From the human T2T-CHM13v2.0 reference genome, Homo sapiens, in NCBI RefSeq assembly GCF_009914755.1, contig NC_060936.1: DNA of 64,000 nt. One strand, 5' to 3'. The first letter of the stretch is position 1. Each line of letters begins with the position of its first letter. Of this stretch, positions 1 through 33,940 are shown in pieces. The position numbers and the translations under genes were made by a program. The notes below the pieces were generated by a model. That model was not told the DNA's origin. It was given only the letters and a program-made list of their open reading frames with translations, and did not search any database.

Positions 1-3366
<3,366 letters not shown>

Positions 3367-3389
3367 CTTTTATTTATGTGGATAGTACC

Positions 3390-3872
3390 TGTCAACAAAA
3401 AAAATTGTTCAATGATACTTGTTAAAAGATGATTTTATTCAGGACCATCAAAATAGGTACAGGGACCACTGCTATGGGATTTTGCAGTCAGAGAGAGATA
3501 CTAGCCTCAAATCTGGGTACGGCATGGCCAAGTGGTGGGAATTTATAGCCAAGAAGCAGGTCAGGGGTCAATGAATGGAAAATTACTCAGAGAAAAACCT
3601 CAAGGGTAAGGGAGATTCTGGCTGAACTGACCTAACAGGATTCTCGCTGAAGACTGGCCAGGATGATGACACATAACCTTTGGGGAATGATGAAGGATGA
3701 GGAACCTGATTGGATATTGAGTATGATCAGATATTGACGGTGGGGGCTTCTTGCTAAACTGACACAGCAGGGTTCTTTGCTAAAATGGGATTTTACAAGG
3801 AAGAGCACAGATGGGACTAGAAGAAGATTCAGGAGCCTGACTAAAGTTTGGTCAAGCAAACAATCTTTGTCA
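3390..3872 (-). mobile_element. Solo LTR, MER31-like (ERV1)
   Basis: The - strand starts TGACAAAGATTG...GACCAAACTTTAGTCAGGCTCC, typical of MER31, with TG...CA ends. Confidence 0.75.
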
Positions 3873-4123
3873 TCTCGTAGAGACCGAATAATCTAAGAAG
3901 TTTAAACAGTCTCAAGTGTTATGAATCAGACCGTTAATGGTCATGGAAATTTACTGAATATTCTATCAGGAGCAAAGCTTTCCAGTAATTGAAGCTGGAT
4001 TTATTTATACAGAGAAAAAAATGCTTTACACGTAAGTCCCTCCAAACTGTTTAGCCTAACATTGAATGATGATACCCTTGGGAACTTAATTCTTTTTAAG
4101 CCTAATAACTGTGCTTTATGAAG

Positions 4124-4142
4124 CTGTCACTAGGTGGCATGG
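4124..4142 (+). promoter_or_regulatory. Candidate CTCF site (ctgtCACTAGGTGGCAtgg)
   Basis: Close match to the CTCF core CCASYAGRKGGCR with one mismatch. Confidence 0.45.
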
Positions 4143-4571
4143 CAATGCTTGGTTAGAAATTTCCCTTTGGAAATTAATGCCTCAGAACCTTCAAAAACTA
4201 TTCAGTAGAAGTCAGTTTCTTTGTAAACAAGTTTCATTGTTTACAAACGTTTCACTGTTTACAAGTTTCATTGAGTAGTAGTATGGATGTATGTGTGTGT
4301 ATATATATATATATGTATATACACATACATATACATATATATGTACACGTTGATAAAAATAAGCTCCATTAGAGAATGTTGTAGGAAATACTCAATTTAA
4401 ATGATAACAAAATAAGATATTTAAAGTATGCTTAACAACTCTGACTTCTGGTAATTCTATTTCTAAACTATATTTTATCCTAATCTAGAATACTCATCTG
4501 ATAGTATTTTCCCTTTTAACCCAAACAGGTCAAATCGTAAATCCAGGTCTATGATTCCAGAGCCCATATTC

Positions 4572-6819
<2,248 letters not shown>

Positions 6820-7414
6820 CAGAGCCCATATTCCTGTTACCACATCACAGATTCTCCCTCACGAACCCACTATTTACAGATGGACAGATGACTGTTATCC
6901 ATCGAAGAGTTGGAAGGTACCTTTGGTATTATCTGGCCCAATCTTAAAAAATTTTTTTTAATTTATTTCATTTTTTATTTCTTTGTTTCAACCTTAAACT
7001 ATTAAAGGAATAGCTCGATCTTAAAAATACAAATCTGTGCATGTGTATTTTTATTTTAGAGATTTTTAAAAAACTGAGGCTCAGTGCAAAGATATTTGTC
7101 TAAGGTTATAATTTTCTGAACAGCAGACGCAACAACATGGTAATATCCTTAAAGCATTTGTCAAAGTATCCACCATTCATAGTGATGACTAGCAAATCCC
7201 TACCTGATTCACACTGAACATTAAAATGGCAACTTTCCAAATAAGGAGACTTCTATCGAAGAGGGCTTGGTGGCATGTTTCCAATATTTTCCCGGTATCT
7301 CTTCAGGTACCCTCTCAGGTCTTCCACTGGAAGTATACTAACTTCCTCCCCAACTTAAAAAAAAAAAATATGCAGATTAGGGCAGTTTTATCTTCCAGTG
7401 TCATATAATTGGGT

Positions 7415-10792
<3,378 letters not shown>

Positions 10793-10905
10793 ACACTTAA
10801 AATCCTTTGAGATTATGCTTTCTCTGAAGTGTAAGTATGGCAATTTGAGAAAACCACCAGAGAATTGTTTATATTTACAAATTGTAGTTTCTTGTATCAG
10901 AAATG

Positions 10906-11081
10906 TTAATTCAAAGCTTCTGGATGGTGTTTTTGAAATTCCTTAATTAATTTCTTTTTTCGTTTCAGAGAGATGCTGGGGTTACTATTAATCTCAAGAG
11001 CCAACTGGTGTAGATACTGAATTGTCCTTCCCTTCTGCTTTTCAAACTCCTTGTATGTCAAGGGTTGGCAAAACGTAAAGC
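10906..11081 (-). CDS. DEPDC4: DEPDC4 terminal coding exon ([14 protein letters not shown]...[17 protein letters not shown])
   Basis: Poly-T acceptor ttttccag|GC in phase with exon 8; TAA at 10908-10906. Resembles the DEPDC7 C-terminus as I recall it (GY.YCQ...KKKLL..F.K.HP). Confidence 0.8.
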
Positions 11082-11689
11082 CTGGAAAAAAAAAAAAAAA
11101 ACAAAAGAAAAAGAAAAGTACCACTGGAAAAGCAAGTTAAAAAACCAACTAAACTGTACTTATCCAAACTGGTCTTACGGTATGTTACCTATGCCTAGGC
11201 TTTCTTTGTTCCACAGTTTCTTTCAAAAGTGCTTTTACTTTAGCAAAACATACATGATTTTATTTTACATACATTATTTGATCTCTAAAATAACTAGAAG
11301 CAAGAAACTAGTATCCCAGTTTCAAGAGAAATACATAAAAAATTTAAGTGACATGGCCAATAAGTTAAAGGCATGTTCAAAACATGAACAAAGAATGTCT
11401 GAATTCTATAGCACTGCTTTTTCACACTGCTCTGTGAGCTGTCTTAGCATGTACAGTCAACCTATGCTGATTTACAGAGGAAGCCACCATAGCCTCCACA
11501 CTCACCAAAGCAGTTCTCAGAGTTAATGTCTGAAACCCTGAAGACCATTACTATGAGGGCTTTTTTTTTTTTTTTTTTTGCCTATCTTCACTATAATAGG
11601 ATACACCTATGGAAATAGCCTGGAATTACACTGCCTCTGAAAACTTACGCTCCTATACTCAACTCTCTACTCGGAATCTACATTTTTCA

Positions 11690-11920
11690 AATAATAATAA
11701 TATCTTACAATGAATGCTTACCATGTGTCAACCTTTTGGTACTTTTTCTCATTAAATCTCCAGTATCCTAAGCTGTAGATGTGTAGCTGTTATTTTCAGC
11801 CATACCTTAAAGATAAAGAAATAAAGCTTGACCACATGGCTAGAAAGTAGCTGAGTTAGGATCTGAACCCAGGGTTGTCCATTACTGGGGCTTGGTGTCT
11901 TCAACACTATGCTATGCTGC
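11690..11920 (-). mobile_element. MIR SINE hosting the 51-nt exon
   Basis: The - strand reads gcatagcatagtg...ctgggttcagatcc...cacatggtaagcattca...ttattatt, following the MIR consensus. Confidence 0.8.
11722..11772 (-). other. DEPDC4: 51-nt MIR-derived alternative DEPDC4 exon carrying an in-frame TAG
   Basis: ctacag|CTTAG...CACATG|GTAAGC. After exon 8 it reads G|CT TAG (Ala, stop) and then 46 nt. Confidence 0.65.
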
Positions 11921-12171
11921 CTTTGGCTCTCTGTCAACTTTCTTCAGTCTCAGAACATGAAACCTTGATGTGCCAGTTTTAGCATACTTCTAGCATTTCT
12001 TCTTTCCCATCCTGAGTCCATCACATATCTGAACACTTGAGCCACTGCTTCATCAATATGTGTCCTTAATTCTCTTGCACACCTATCCTTCTGCAACATG
12101 CGACAAAGCAAAATCCCAGCTCTTAATCAATGCTCTAATCTACTGTGTCCACTCCAACATTCAAGGAAATA

Positions 12172-12478
12172 CAGTAATTCACCCTTATTCCCAGAGGCTA
12201 CATTCCCCAGTGGGTGCATCCAACTGCAGGTGGTACCAAATCCTATATGTACTATGTTTTTTCCTATATATACATACCTATATTAAAGTTTAATTTATTA
12301 ATTAGGCATCATAAGAGATTAACAGCAATAACCAATAATAAAATAGAGCAATTATAACAATATATTAGAGTAAAAGTTATGTGAATGTGGTCTCTCTTTC
12401 TTAAAATATCTTATTGTACCATACTCACCTATTTTCTAACTGTGGAACGTGAAACCACAGATAAAAGGGGGGGTACTG
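12172..12478. mobile_element. MER44A-like Tigger MITE
   Basis: TA|cagta...tactg|TA ends with degenerate TIRs and a characteristic AT-rich interior. Confidence 0.75.
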
Positions 12479-13181
12479 TAAGTGTTGAAAAAAAATACCG
12501 TCTAATCGGTACCACTAAAATTTAGAATCTCCTGCTTTATGTGGTGCTCAGAATTATGCATCAATCCCTGTACTTAAACTTTCTCAACTCCCCTAACCAT
12601 CTATTTCAAACTATTCCCTTCTTCTCATGTCATCCATTCAGTGCTCCCCTTGTAAACCCTCAGACAATATGGTCTCCTCCTACTTTATCGAGGAAAATGG
12701 ATTCATCACTTAATAGTATCCCCCAACTTCCTACCCTTGGCACTACACATTTATTTACATCCATATACGCTCACCTTTACTCTAAAATCCTTCCTCCTGT
12801 TCCAGGAAAACCCTTGATCCTATGCCCTCAAACTAATTACCTCCTGCCTCCTCCAGGGCCTGCCTCCACCAGCATCTCTTTTTTTTCAATACCCCCTTTC
12901 TTCTGATGCCTTCCTCTCAGCAGATCAGTATGCTAAAATCTCTCCCTTGACCTTGCACTGCTCTGGTTATTGCCCAGTTCCTCTCTTCCCCTTCTCATCA
13001 TACATCCAGTCTTCATTTCTCTACCCATTCTATCCTTCTCTTCCCACTGCAACCTGGATTTTGCCTCTCAAGTGATTAAGATAGCTCTAATTGGCTCCAC
13101 ATATCCAGTGGCCGTTCTGATCTTCCAATACATGGAACCCTCCATCCTAAAATGTTATATTTCTTTGGCTTCATGGCATGA

Positions 13182-21232
<8,051 letters not shown>

Positions 21233-21409
21233 CAACAAAACGGTTTTAAGTCTGCTTTCTTCTCTTTTGTGGGTGTGGGGAGTCAGCATTTCTTCAAACT
21301 TTGCACATTATAGGTACTTAGTAAATTATTTACTAAGTGAATGATTTGCTTTTCTGCTTGACACAAGTAGCTTAGTAATAAATGTGCCCAGGCAAAATGC
21401 CAGAGATAC

Positions 21410-21535
21410 CTTGAAGAGCTCAGAGTGGTACTCCAGTGGAAACCAGACCAGTTGTTCTGCCCGCACTTTTAATAATGATTTGGCTTGCAAAACTGATTTG
21501 GCAAGAGTTTTCAGGACCACTGTTTTATTATCATA
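21410..21535 (-). CDS. DEPDC4: DEPDC4 exon 7 (YDNKTVVLKTL...HSELFK)
   Basis: Follows a 92-nt intron. Acceptor ctgtttacag|TAT, donor AAG|GTATCT, 126 nt, phase 0/0. Confidence 0.88.
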
Positions 21536-21627
21536 CTGTAAACAGAAAGATTAACATTAGCATAAATGGTTTTTAGAGGAAAAAAATAGCAAAAAAAAAT
21601 GGCAAAACTTATTGCAAAATTTTTCAC

Positions 21628-21770
21628 CTGTTTTTGCAACTTGTAGGCATTGGGCTCTGATGCCATTGCCATAAAAGTAAGTAGCCGTCGTAATTCTTCT
21701 CTAATGTTCAGCAACAGCAATCTTAGATATAGTTGTGTTGCTTCAAGTGCTTCTGCTCTTTTCTCATTTT
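21628..21770 (-). CDS. DEPDC4: DEPDC4 exon 6 (ENEKRAEALEATQLYLRLL...REELRRLLTFMA...KLQKQ)
   Basis: Acceptor aacag|AA, donor CAG|GTGAAA, 143 nt. 'ALEATQL..LL...REELRRLL.FMA' is the DEPDC1/DEPDC7 GAP-like helix. Confidence 0.9.
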
Positions 21771-22317
21771 CTGTTATATAGGTTACAAAGAAAACAAAGC
21801 ATAAGATGAAAAATGGAGAGTATAGTAAGTATTTACTTAGTAGTCAATTAAAATGCTACAATGTTGTATTAGTTTGCAGGTTCTTTTCTACAATTAAAAT
21901 TTTTTATTATGGAATATTTCAAACACACAGGAAATTATCTTTATAATTCTATGTAATATGCGATGTAGCTATATCCAGCATTATCAAACAGTATTTTGTT
22001 TTTAACATGAAATTATATGGCCACTTACACAGCTAAAAAATGACATATTATGTCACTCAATTTTCATTTTGCTAAAAGGTCATCAAATTAATAACTCAGA
22101 AGTTAGTATTTCTAGGTACCTCGGTTCTTAAATCCTTGTACTATAACATATGTTTCTTTCTTTTTATTTTGAGACAGTCTCACTCTGTCGCCCAGGCTGG
22201 TGCGCAGTGGCGCGATCTCGGCTCACTACAAGCTCCGCCTCCCGAGTCCACACCATTCTCCTGCCTCAGCCTCCCGAGTAGCTGGGACTACAGGCGCCCG
22301 CCACTACACCTGGCTAA

Positions 22318-22464
<147 letters not shown>

Positions 22465-22722
22465 TAGAATGTCCCTGCGATGTCCCTGTGATGTACTGCC
22501 TTAGATTTATGCACTATACTATATTAGTTACATTTGATAATATAATTTACAAGGTAGGCAATAGTAGTGAAGTAAAACAAGACTTCTTGAAGTACCTTGA
22601 CATCATAGAAGAAAAATATTAAAATGTAATACTCATATAGTATACACAATTTTCTATTTCAACTTGTATATTTTAAAATGTTTTATTACACCAAAAATTA
22701 AAATATAAACATCCTATCTTAC

Positions 22723-22949
22723 CTAAAAGTTCAATAATTCCTGAATGAATATCAAAATACTCATCAGTTAATAGGCAATCTCTCTCTTGAGCATAGTATT
22801 TTGCTATGACATCAAAGAGTATCTTCTTCTGACTGTTCAATCTTGTCTCTTCATTTCTGTTTTGCATTAACTGCTGACTAACTGTAACTATTAACTGGTC
22901 AGGGAAATACTCCAAGCATTCAATTGCTGCATTAAGCCAGTTATCGATT
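22723..22949 (-). CDS. DEPDC4: DEPDC4 exon 5 (EIDNWLNAAIECLEYFPDQ...IIELL), start of RhoGAP-like region
   Basis: Acceptor ttttccctctag|A, donor TAG|GTAAGA, 227 nt. 'WL.AAI.CLEY.PDQ' resembles DEPDC7/DEPDC1. Confidence 0.9.
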
Positions 22950-23430
22950 CTAGAGGGAAAATGCAAACCAAAATAAAGCAATGGTTAACATTTCCATTTA
23001 ACTAAAGCACTATTTGATAAAACATGAAAAAATCTGGCTTATTTAAGCTAGATAAATCTAAAGAAGAAATTATTTTTTGGGAGAAGCATTTCAATACATT
23101 TTGCTGGATGAGTGAAGGACTGTATGAGAGGGAATGGCTGTATTCCTTACTGAATACCACCACACCTTTATGGACTTTTATTTTCAAGAAGTTAAAATAA
23201 TTTTTAATGAACCCTTTATTATTTATATCTAATTTTGTTAGTAGTTCCCCTCCCTTTTCCTGCTCTGATGAGTTGCGTATGGTTCTATTATTATTTGAAA
23301 ATAAGATACCAAATATTTCCCCAACCCAGATGAACTGTTTACCCCACCACACATTGTTTTCCCTTTCTTATTTGCCCACCCCAATAAGATAAGAAATTTA
23401 GGGTCCTGTCACTCCCCTGCCCTCCGGTGA

Positions 23431-23835
<405 letters not shown>

Positions 23836-25281
23836 TAGGTGTGGGCCCCTGTGCCTGGCCTGAATTCTTCAAAATCCTCAAGTATCTTTCTTTCCTTCCT
23901 CTCTACCTCCCTCTCTCCTTTCCTTCCTTTCTTTCTCCCTCCCTCCTTCCCTCTCTTTCTTCTTTTTTAAATATGACAGAGGGTCTTGCTATGTCACCTA
24001 GCTAGAGTGCAGTGACATAGTCATAGCTCACTCTAACTTCCAACTCCTGGGCTCAAGTGATCCTTTCACCTCAGCTTCTTGAGCAGCTGGGACTATAGAC
24101 ATGTGCTGTCTTGCCTAGCTAATTTAAAAATTTTTTTTTCAGAGAGACAGGGTCTCACTATGTTGCCCATGCTGGTCTTGAATTCCTGGCCTCAAGCAAT
24201 CTTCTCAGCTTAGCCTCCCAAGTTGCTGGGATTACAGGCCCTTTGGCCCTTCTTTCCTCCTTTCTCTTTTTTTCTCCTGACAGATGAACAGTACATCTTG
24301 CCTAATATGTGTGATTCATTGTCTTCTAGATCCTAGTATTGCAGATGAAAAGACTAATGACAGTTTGATTGCTTTTCTCTTACAGCTAATCTGCCCTTTT
24401 TGCCTGGAAGCTTTTTAAGGCAGACTGGCTGCTGTGAGTTTCCTGCAGCGGCACCTGCAGAAATCCTGTTTCTTTTCTGGTGTCCCTATACTATCCCTGA
24501 CTCAAGGGCAGGAAGACTCAGCCCTTTGTTTGGGTCTTTCTTGGCCTACTGCGAATAAGAGAAATCTGTCATGTACAAACAGGACCATAGTTGACTAAGA
24601 GGGTCCAGAGGTCTCTGATCACTAACCTCTTCACAAGATCTGAAGTTTTCTGTTCCTCAGCCTTGGTGTCTCATCTTCTTTTCTTGTTTGGCTCACATGG
24701 GAGGAAGCACTATATCAGTTCTCCCTGCTGGAATCCCAACAGTACTCAAGGTCTAATGCCTATAGTTTCCAGCAGCTGCTTTATTCAGAAGTGAGAAATA
24801 GCTTGGCGTTGGGAGTAAAAGGGAAAGGAGCCTCATTCAGGGTTCCTTTAATCTCTTATCTACAAATTAGGCCGATTTTATGATAGGGCTTATCTTTCAG
24901 ACTATAATTTTTTCTCTCATGTATGTCTCCCCCTTCTAGACTACGGTTTCTTTTAGGGCAGGGATAAATAAGCTGGTAGAAACTGGGATGGTTGCATTAT
25001 TTAGGGTAATAAAATGGAAATGACAGAATTTTGGATGATGCGGGGAGAAGATGATTGACATACAAATGAATTCGTACGAACCAAACCACTCTGATTTCCA
25101 GTGATCTTATAGGTCATGACCAATGGCTTTATTAGATCAAATGAGGATTCATAATGATAATTTATAAAAGAGAGATAGTATAAGCTTATAACATGAATAT
25201 TTTCTCACATCCTAAAATACTAAGGGCAAATATGTGAAAAAAACTGTTTACAAATTATTTGACAATAAAAATGGTCACTTA

Positions 25282-25485
<204 letters not shown>

Positions 25486-25843
25486 TCAAGATTGGTAAAT
25501 AAAACATACACATTCAACCAATATTATAAATCGTTCTATTTCTAAATAATACAAAAGTAAAACTAGTTCAGTAGTAATATAATGGGTTAATTTAATGCTT
25601 AGATAATTTACATTTGTTATATTACAATTTTTCAAGATTGATCTTAAACATCAGAGTTATGAGCCATATTAATTTTATTTTCTGTTATGCTGATTATAAA
25701 GATATATTATCTAGCTCTTAAGGCCAACATTAATTCTAAATATAAAAAACTACTAGTCATGCTTATAACTTATATTACACATCTGAGAGAATGAGATTAC
25801 TAATTATTTATCTTTCTATTTATAGCAACATAGATAATTGTAG

Positions 25844-26055
<212 letters not shown>

Positions 26056-26411
26056 TAGTAGAGACGGGGTTTCACCGTGTTAGCTAGGATGGTCTCGATC
26101 TCCTGACCTAGTGATCCGCCCGCCTCGGCCTCCCAAAGTGCTGGGATTACAGGCGTGAGTCACTGCGCCAGGCCAGTTCATTGTTTTTAAACTAAAATAC
26201 AGTATTAGGCTAATTTTGTCTTGGATTTCCAGTCATTCCTGTTAAGTTCCTGTTAAGTTTTTCATCACCCTAACCATCATCATAATACTTTGTTTTTCCT
26301 TTATTTTTATTTTTATTTATTTACTTACTTTTTGAGACAGAGTGTCACTCTGCCCAGGCTGGAGTGCAATGGTGCAATCTCGGCTCACTGCAACTTCCAT
26401 CTCCCCGCTGA

Positions 26412-26636
<225 letters not shown>

Positions 26637-26923
26637 TGAGATGGAGTTTTGTTCTTGTTGCCCAGGCTGGAGTGCAATGGCACACCACAGCCTCTGCCTC
26701 CCAGGTTCAGGAGGTTCACCTGCCTCAGCCTACCGAGTAGCTGGGATTACAGGCATGCGCCACCACGCCCAGCTAATTTTGTATTTTTAGTAGAGACGGG
26801 GTTTCTCCATGTTGGTCTGGCTGGTCTTGAACTTCCAACCTCAGGTCATCTGCCTGCCTTGGCCTCCCAAAGTGCTGAGATTACAGATGTGAGCCACTGT
26901 GCCCAACCTATTTTTTGTTTTTT

Positions 26924-27024
26924 AAGGCTAGTCAAGTGAAGCAGTGGAAGTGGAGAAGGAACAAAGAAATCTGTTAACTGGTTGTTATCAATTAGTTGTA
27001 AACACCATTGCATTTGGACCAGCC
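26924..27024 (-). pseudogene. Y3 RNA (RNY3) retropseudogene
   Basis: The - strand reads GGCTGGTCCAAATGCAATGGTGTTTACAACTAATTGAT...CACTGCTTCACTTGACTAGCCTT, about 6 differences from hY3 as recalled, followed by an A-tail at 26923-26911. Confidence 0.92.
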
Positions 27025-27209
27025 TGGTTTTCCTTTTATTTAACAAAACTACAAAAGCAACAGTTATAGTAAGTTTCTTGCAGAGCTCCCAAGCCAGTGG
27101 CCTGTGGACTAAATTTGGCCCACAGCCATGATCTGTTTGGTTATAAAGTACTTTGAAGAAAATTAATGTATAAAAACGGGAGATTTCATGTGAAATTCTA
27201 AAATGTATT

Positions 27210-27250
<41 letters not shown>

Positions 27251-27339
27251 GGTCTTGCTCTGTCATCCAGGCTGGAGTGCCATAACATGATCATAGCTCA
27301 CTGCTGTCTCAAACTCCTGTTCTAAGTGCCAGGGATATA

Positions 27340-29110
<1,771 letters not shown>

Positions 29111-29365
29111 GGTAAGGATAATACTTTTAAAAACCCACATTAGAGTGACAGCTTTCATTCCCTCCTATGTCTTTTTTTTTTTTTTAATGTGATCCTTCTG
29201 ATTCTGTTTCCCTAACTATAAAATGCAAGTTTTACCCTTCACTTTACAGGCTACTGTAAAATCATGGATAAATATAAAATGCATAACAAATTGCTTAGCA
29301 CAGAGAAAGGTCCAAAATAAGTGGAAATTATTCTTATTATTACCTATAGAATTTTTTTTTTTTGA

Positions 29366-29677
<312 letters not shown>

Positions 29678-29940
29678 TGAAATTTCTAGAGGTACGTCAT
29701 GACCTCAAGAAAAAATAATGGGAAAAGTTATTTTTTCATTTGTACTAGATAAAAACTGTACTTCTGGGGGACTCTCCTGCTTGCCCTTTAAATATTAGTC
29801 TTCATCAGAGTTCTCTTACGGCCAGGCATGGTGGCTCACACCTATAATCCCAGCACTTTGGGAGGCCAAGGCGGGTGGATAACTTGAGGTCAGGAGTTCA
29901 AGACCAGCTTGGCCAATATGGCAAAACCTCATCTCTACTA

Positions 29941-30435
<495 letters not shown>

Positions 30436-31069
30436 TTAGTTCTTCTTCTCAATTCTACACCCTTTCTTTGGGCACCCTGTATTTCCTTTATCATGCCAAT
30501 GTTAACTATTGTTGATAAATCACAGTCCTCCAGTGTGCAAGTCATAGCTAGTCTTGCTTCTGTCATGGTTTGACCAAATGGAGTAAAGGGCCATTAATGA
30601 ATTTTGTATGTATCTCTCCTAACTGCCCTGGCTATGGTGCTCTTTTATCTGCCATTAGTGGCATTTTAAGGAGAAAAACACAAGTAGATGAAGTAAATAG
30701 TAAAGAGGAGTGGTGCAACAGGTAGTTTAGCTAGTTTGTTCTGAGAAAGGGAAAGAGTAGGAAGATGTTTGGGAGGAGTTTACACAATGGACAAAGGATA
30801 CACTCATTAAGAAGATGGTCTTGCAGGACAAATACTAAGGACTGTGGTGAGTCCGTATGTTTTCTCTTGCAGTGCAGACTATAGCACCTCCAGTTAATCT
30901 GGTCACAGTCATTGTAAAAAATGAATTAAGTGTTATTAGATGTATATTGCCTCACCTGTCTTATCTGATGTAATTGCTGTGTAGAAGGAAACTCCTACAG
31001 GGAAGAGAAGGAGGGAGTCAACACACTAATACACTACTTAAATCACATTTAAAACGTCAGTTCTTGGAA

Positions 31070-31440
31070 ACAGTAAAAATATTAGTGGTTGCCTAAGGTT
31101 AGAGAGAAGGGAGGAATGAGTAGGTAAAGCACAGAGAATTTTTAGGGCACTGAAACTATTCTGTATGATACTATAATGACAGATAATATGTCATCAAAAA
31201 TTTGTACAAACCCATAGAATGTACAACACCAAGGCTGAGCCTTAATGTAAACTATGGGCTTTGGGTGAAAATGATGTATCAATGTAGATTCATTGATTAT
31301 CACAAATGCACCACTTGGTTGCAGGATGTTGATAATGGGGAAGGTTGTGTGTGAGTGGAAGCAAGGGGTATGTGGGAACTGTACTTTCTGCTCTATTTTG
31401 CCGTGACCTTGAAACTGCTTATAAGAACCTGTTAAAAAGA
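31070..31440 (+). mobile_element. Old L1 (L1MC-like) 3' end next to DEPDC4 exon 3
   Basis: aaacccatagaatgtacaacacc...taatgtaaactatgggctttgggtg is typical of the L1MC 3'UTR. Confidence 0.7.
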
Positions 31441-31445
31441 AGTTA

Positions 31446-31685
<240 letters not shown>

Positions 31686-32700
31686 TCAAATATATATTTA
31701 AATTAATGTATTAAAATTTATTCATACATTCTCTATTTCCAAAAACGATTTCAGGCAGCTTATAATAAAAGATGCAAATAATTCATTTAATAGACTATCA
31801 CCAAAAGAGGACAAATTAGAATTCTAAATAAAGAAGAAAAGCATATATGCTAATTCTAAGGTTAACATAGTTGTTATGATGGAATAGAAAATTTTTGTTC
31901 TGAGTTTCCAGAAAACCTTGGCTTTTAGTACACTGGCTAAGTCATTTTTCAAATTAGAAAGCATATCCATTCCTTAGAAGACATAGTTTTTCCTGGTATA
32001 AACTCTGAAAAATTTATGTGATAATGTCTTCAACAACTAAGCAAAACAGAAAACAAAACTGTATTTGCTCTAAGGAAAACAAAATGTTGTAAAGGAAAAG
32101 GAATAATATATATTTTTGGTTACAGCAACAGATGCTGCTATATTGGAAACAGTAAAAACTACTGAGATATAATTCACATCCCATAAAATTCACTTTTTTT
32201 TGAGACAGATTCTTGCTGTGTCGCCCTGGCTGGAGTACAGTGGCACAATCTTGGCTAACTGCAACCTCCACCTCCCCAGCTCAAGCGATTCTTGTGCCTC
32301 ACTCAGCCTCTTGAGTAGCTAGGAATACAGGCACCTGCCACCACATCCCGCTAATTTTTGTATTTTTAGTAGAAACGAGGTTTTGCTATAATGGCCAGGC
32401 TGGTTTCGAACTCCTGATCTCAAGTGATCTGTCCGTCTTGCCTCAGCGTGGGCCACCCTACCTGGCCAAAAGTCACCCTTTTAAAGTGTATAACTCAGTG
32501 TTTTCTAGTACATTCACAAAGTTGTGCAGCCATCACTATTATCTAATTCTAGTCTATTGCATCATTCCAGTTTTAGAGGAAATGCATAAGTGGATTAATT
32601 TTCACATGGATTTTTTTTTTTAATTGGCTTCTGAAAAAAGTACACATTCGAGTTTAGCTCAATAAAGACAGTTCTTCTAGGGTCTAAATAAAATATATTA

Positions 32701-33129
<429 letters not shown>

Positions 33130-33685
33130 TTAAATATGCATTTCTAACAAATCTAGATTATACAAAAATATGCAAATTTTTCAGTTTTGACAACCTTATG
33201 CTTGTTGAAGGCATATCTGCTGGTAATGTCCTTCTTACGTGTCATCTCACATCTTACATAAACTATAGTATATTTACTAAGTTGCACCATGTGGGTCTGC
33301 CAATAAAAACAGAGTAAACCTGGGAACTTGCTTTACTGATGTGAAATACATTATTATATGAATTTATATACCCTTATTACATGGTTAACTACTAGTTATA
33401 CCGAATCTTCAAGAATGTTATTTTAGGGCATATTTAAAAGTAATGCAAATACACTTGAGTATTGATTATTACAGAGTTGTGGCTTCACCAAACTCTTTGC
33501 CTTTTCTTTTTTCTTTTTGCCCTTTTGAACAATGGTTAGTTCTTCATTAGGGAGATCAAGGCAAAGAACTAAATAATCAATTTTTTTAATTGTTTAAACC
33601 AGCTGTTTAAAAAGTTTGCTAAGGCCAGGCACAGTGGCTCATACCTGTAATCCCAGCATTTTCAGAAGCCGAGGCAGGCAGATCA

Positions 33686-33940
<255 letters not shown>

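Noticed and set aside
11065-11526. 153-aa + strand ORF in non-repeat sequence
   Set aside because: It has a TTG start, a poly-A-derived Lys run and no recognisable domain, and it is antisense to a DEPDC4 intron/exon boundary.
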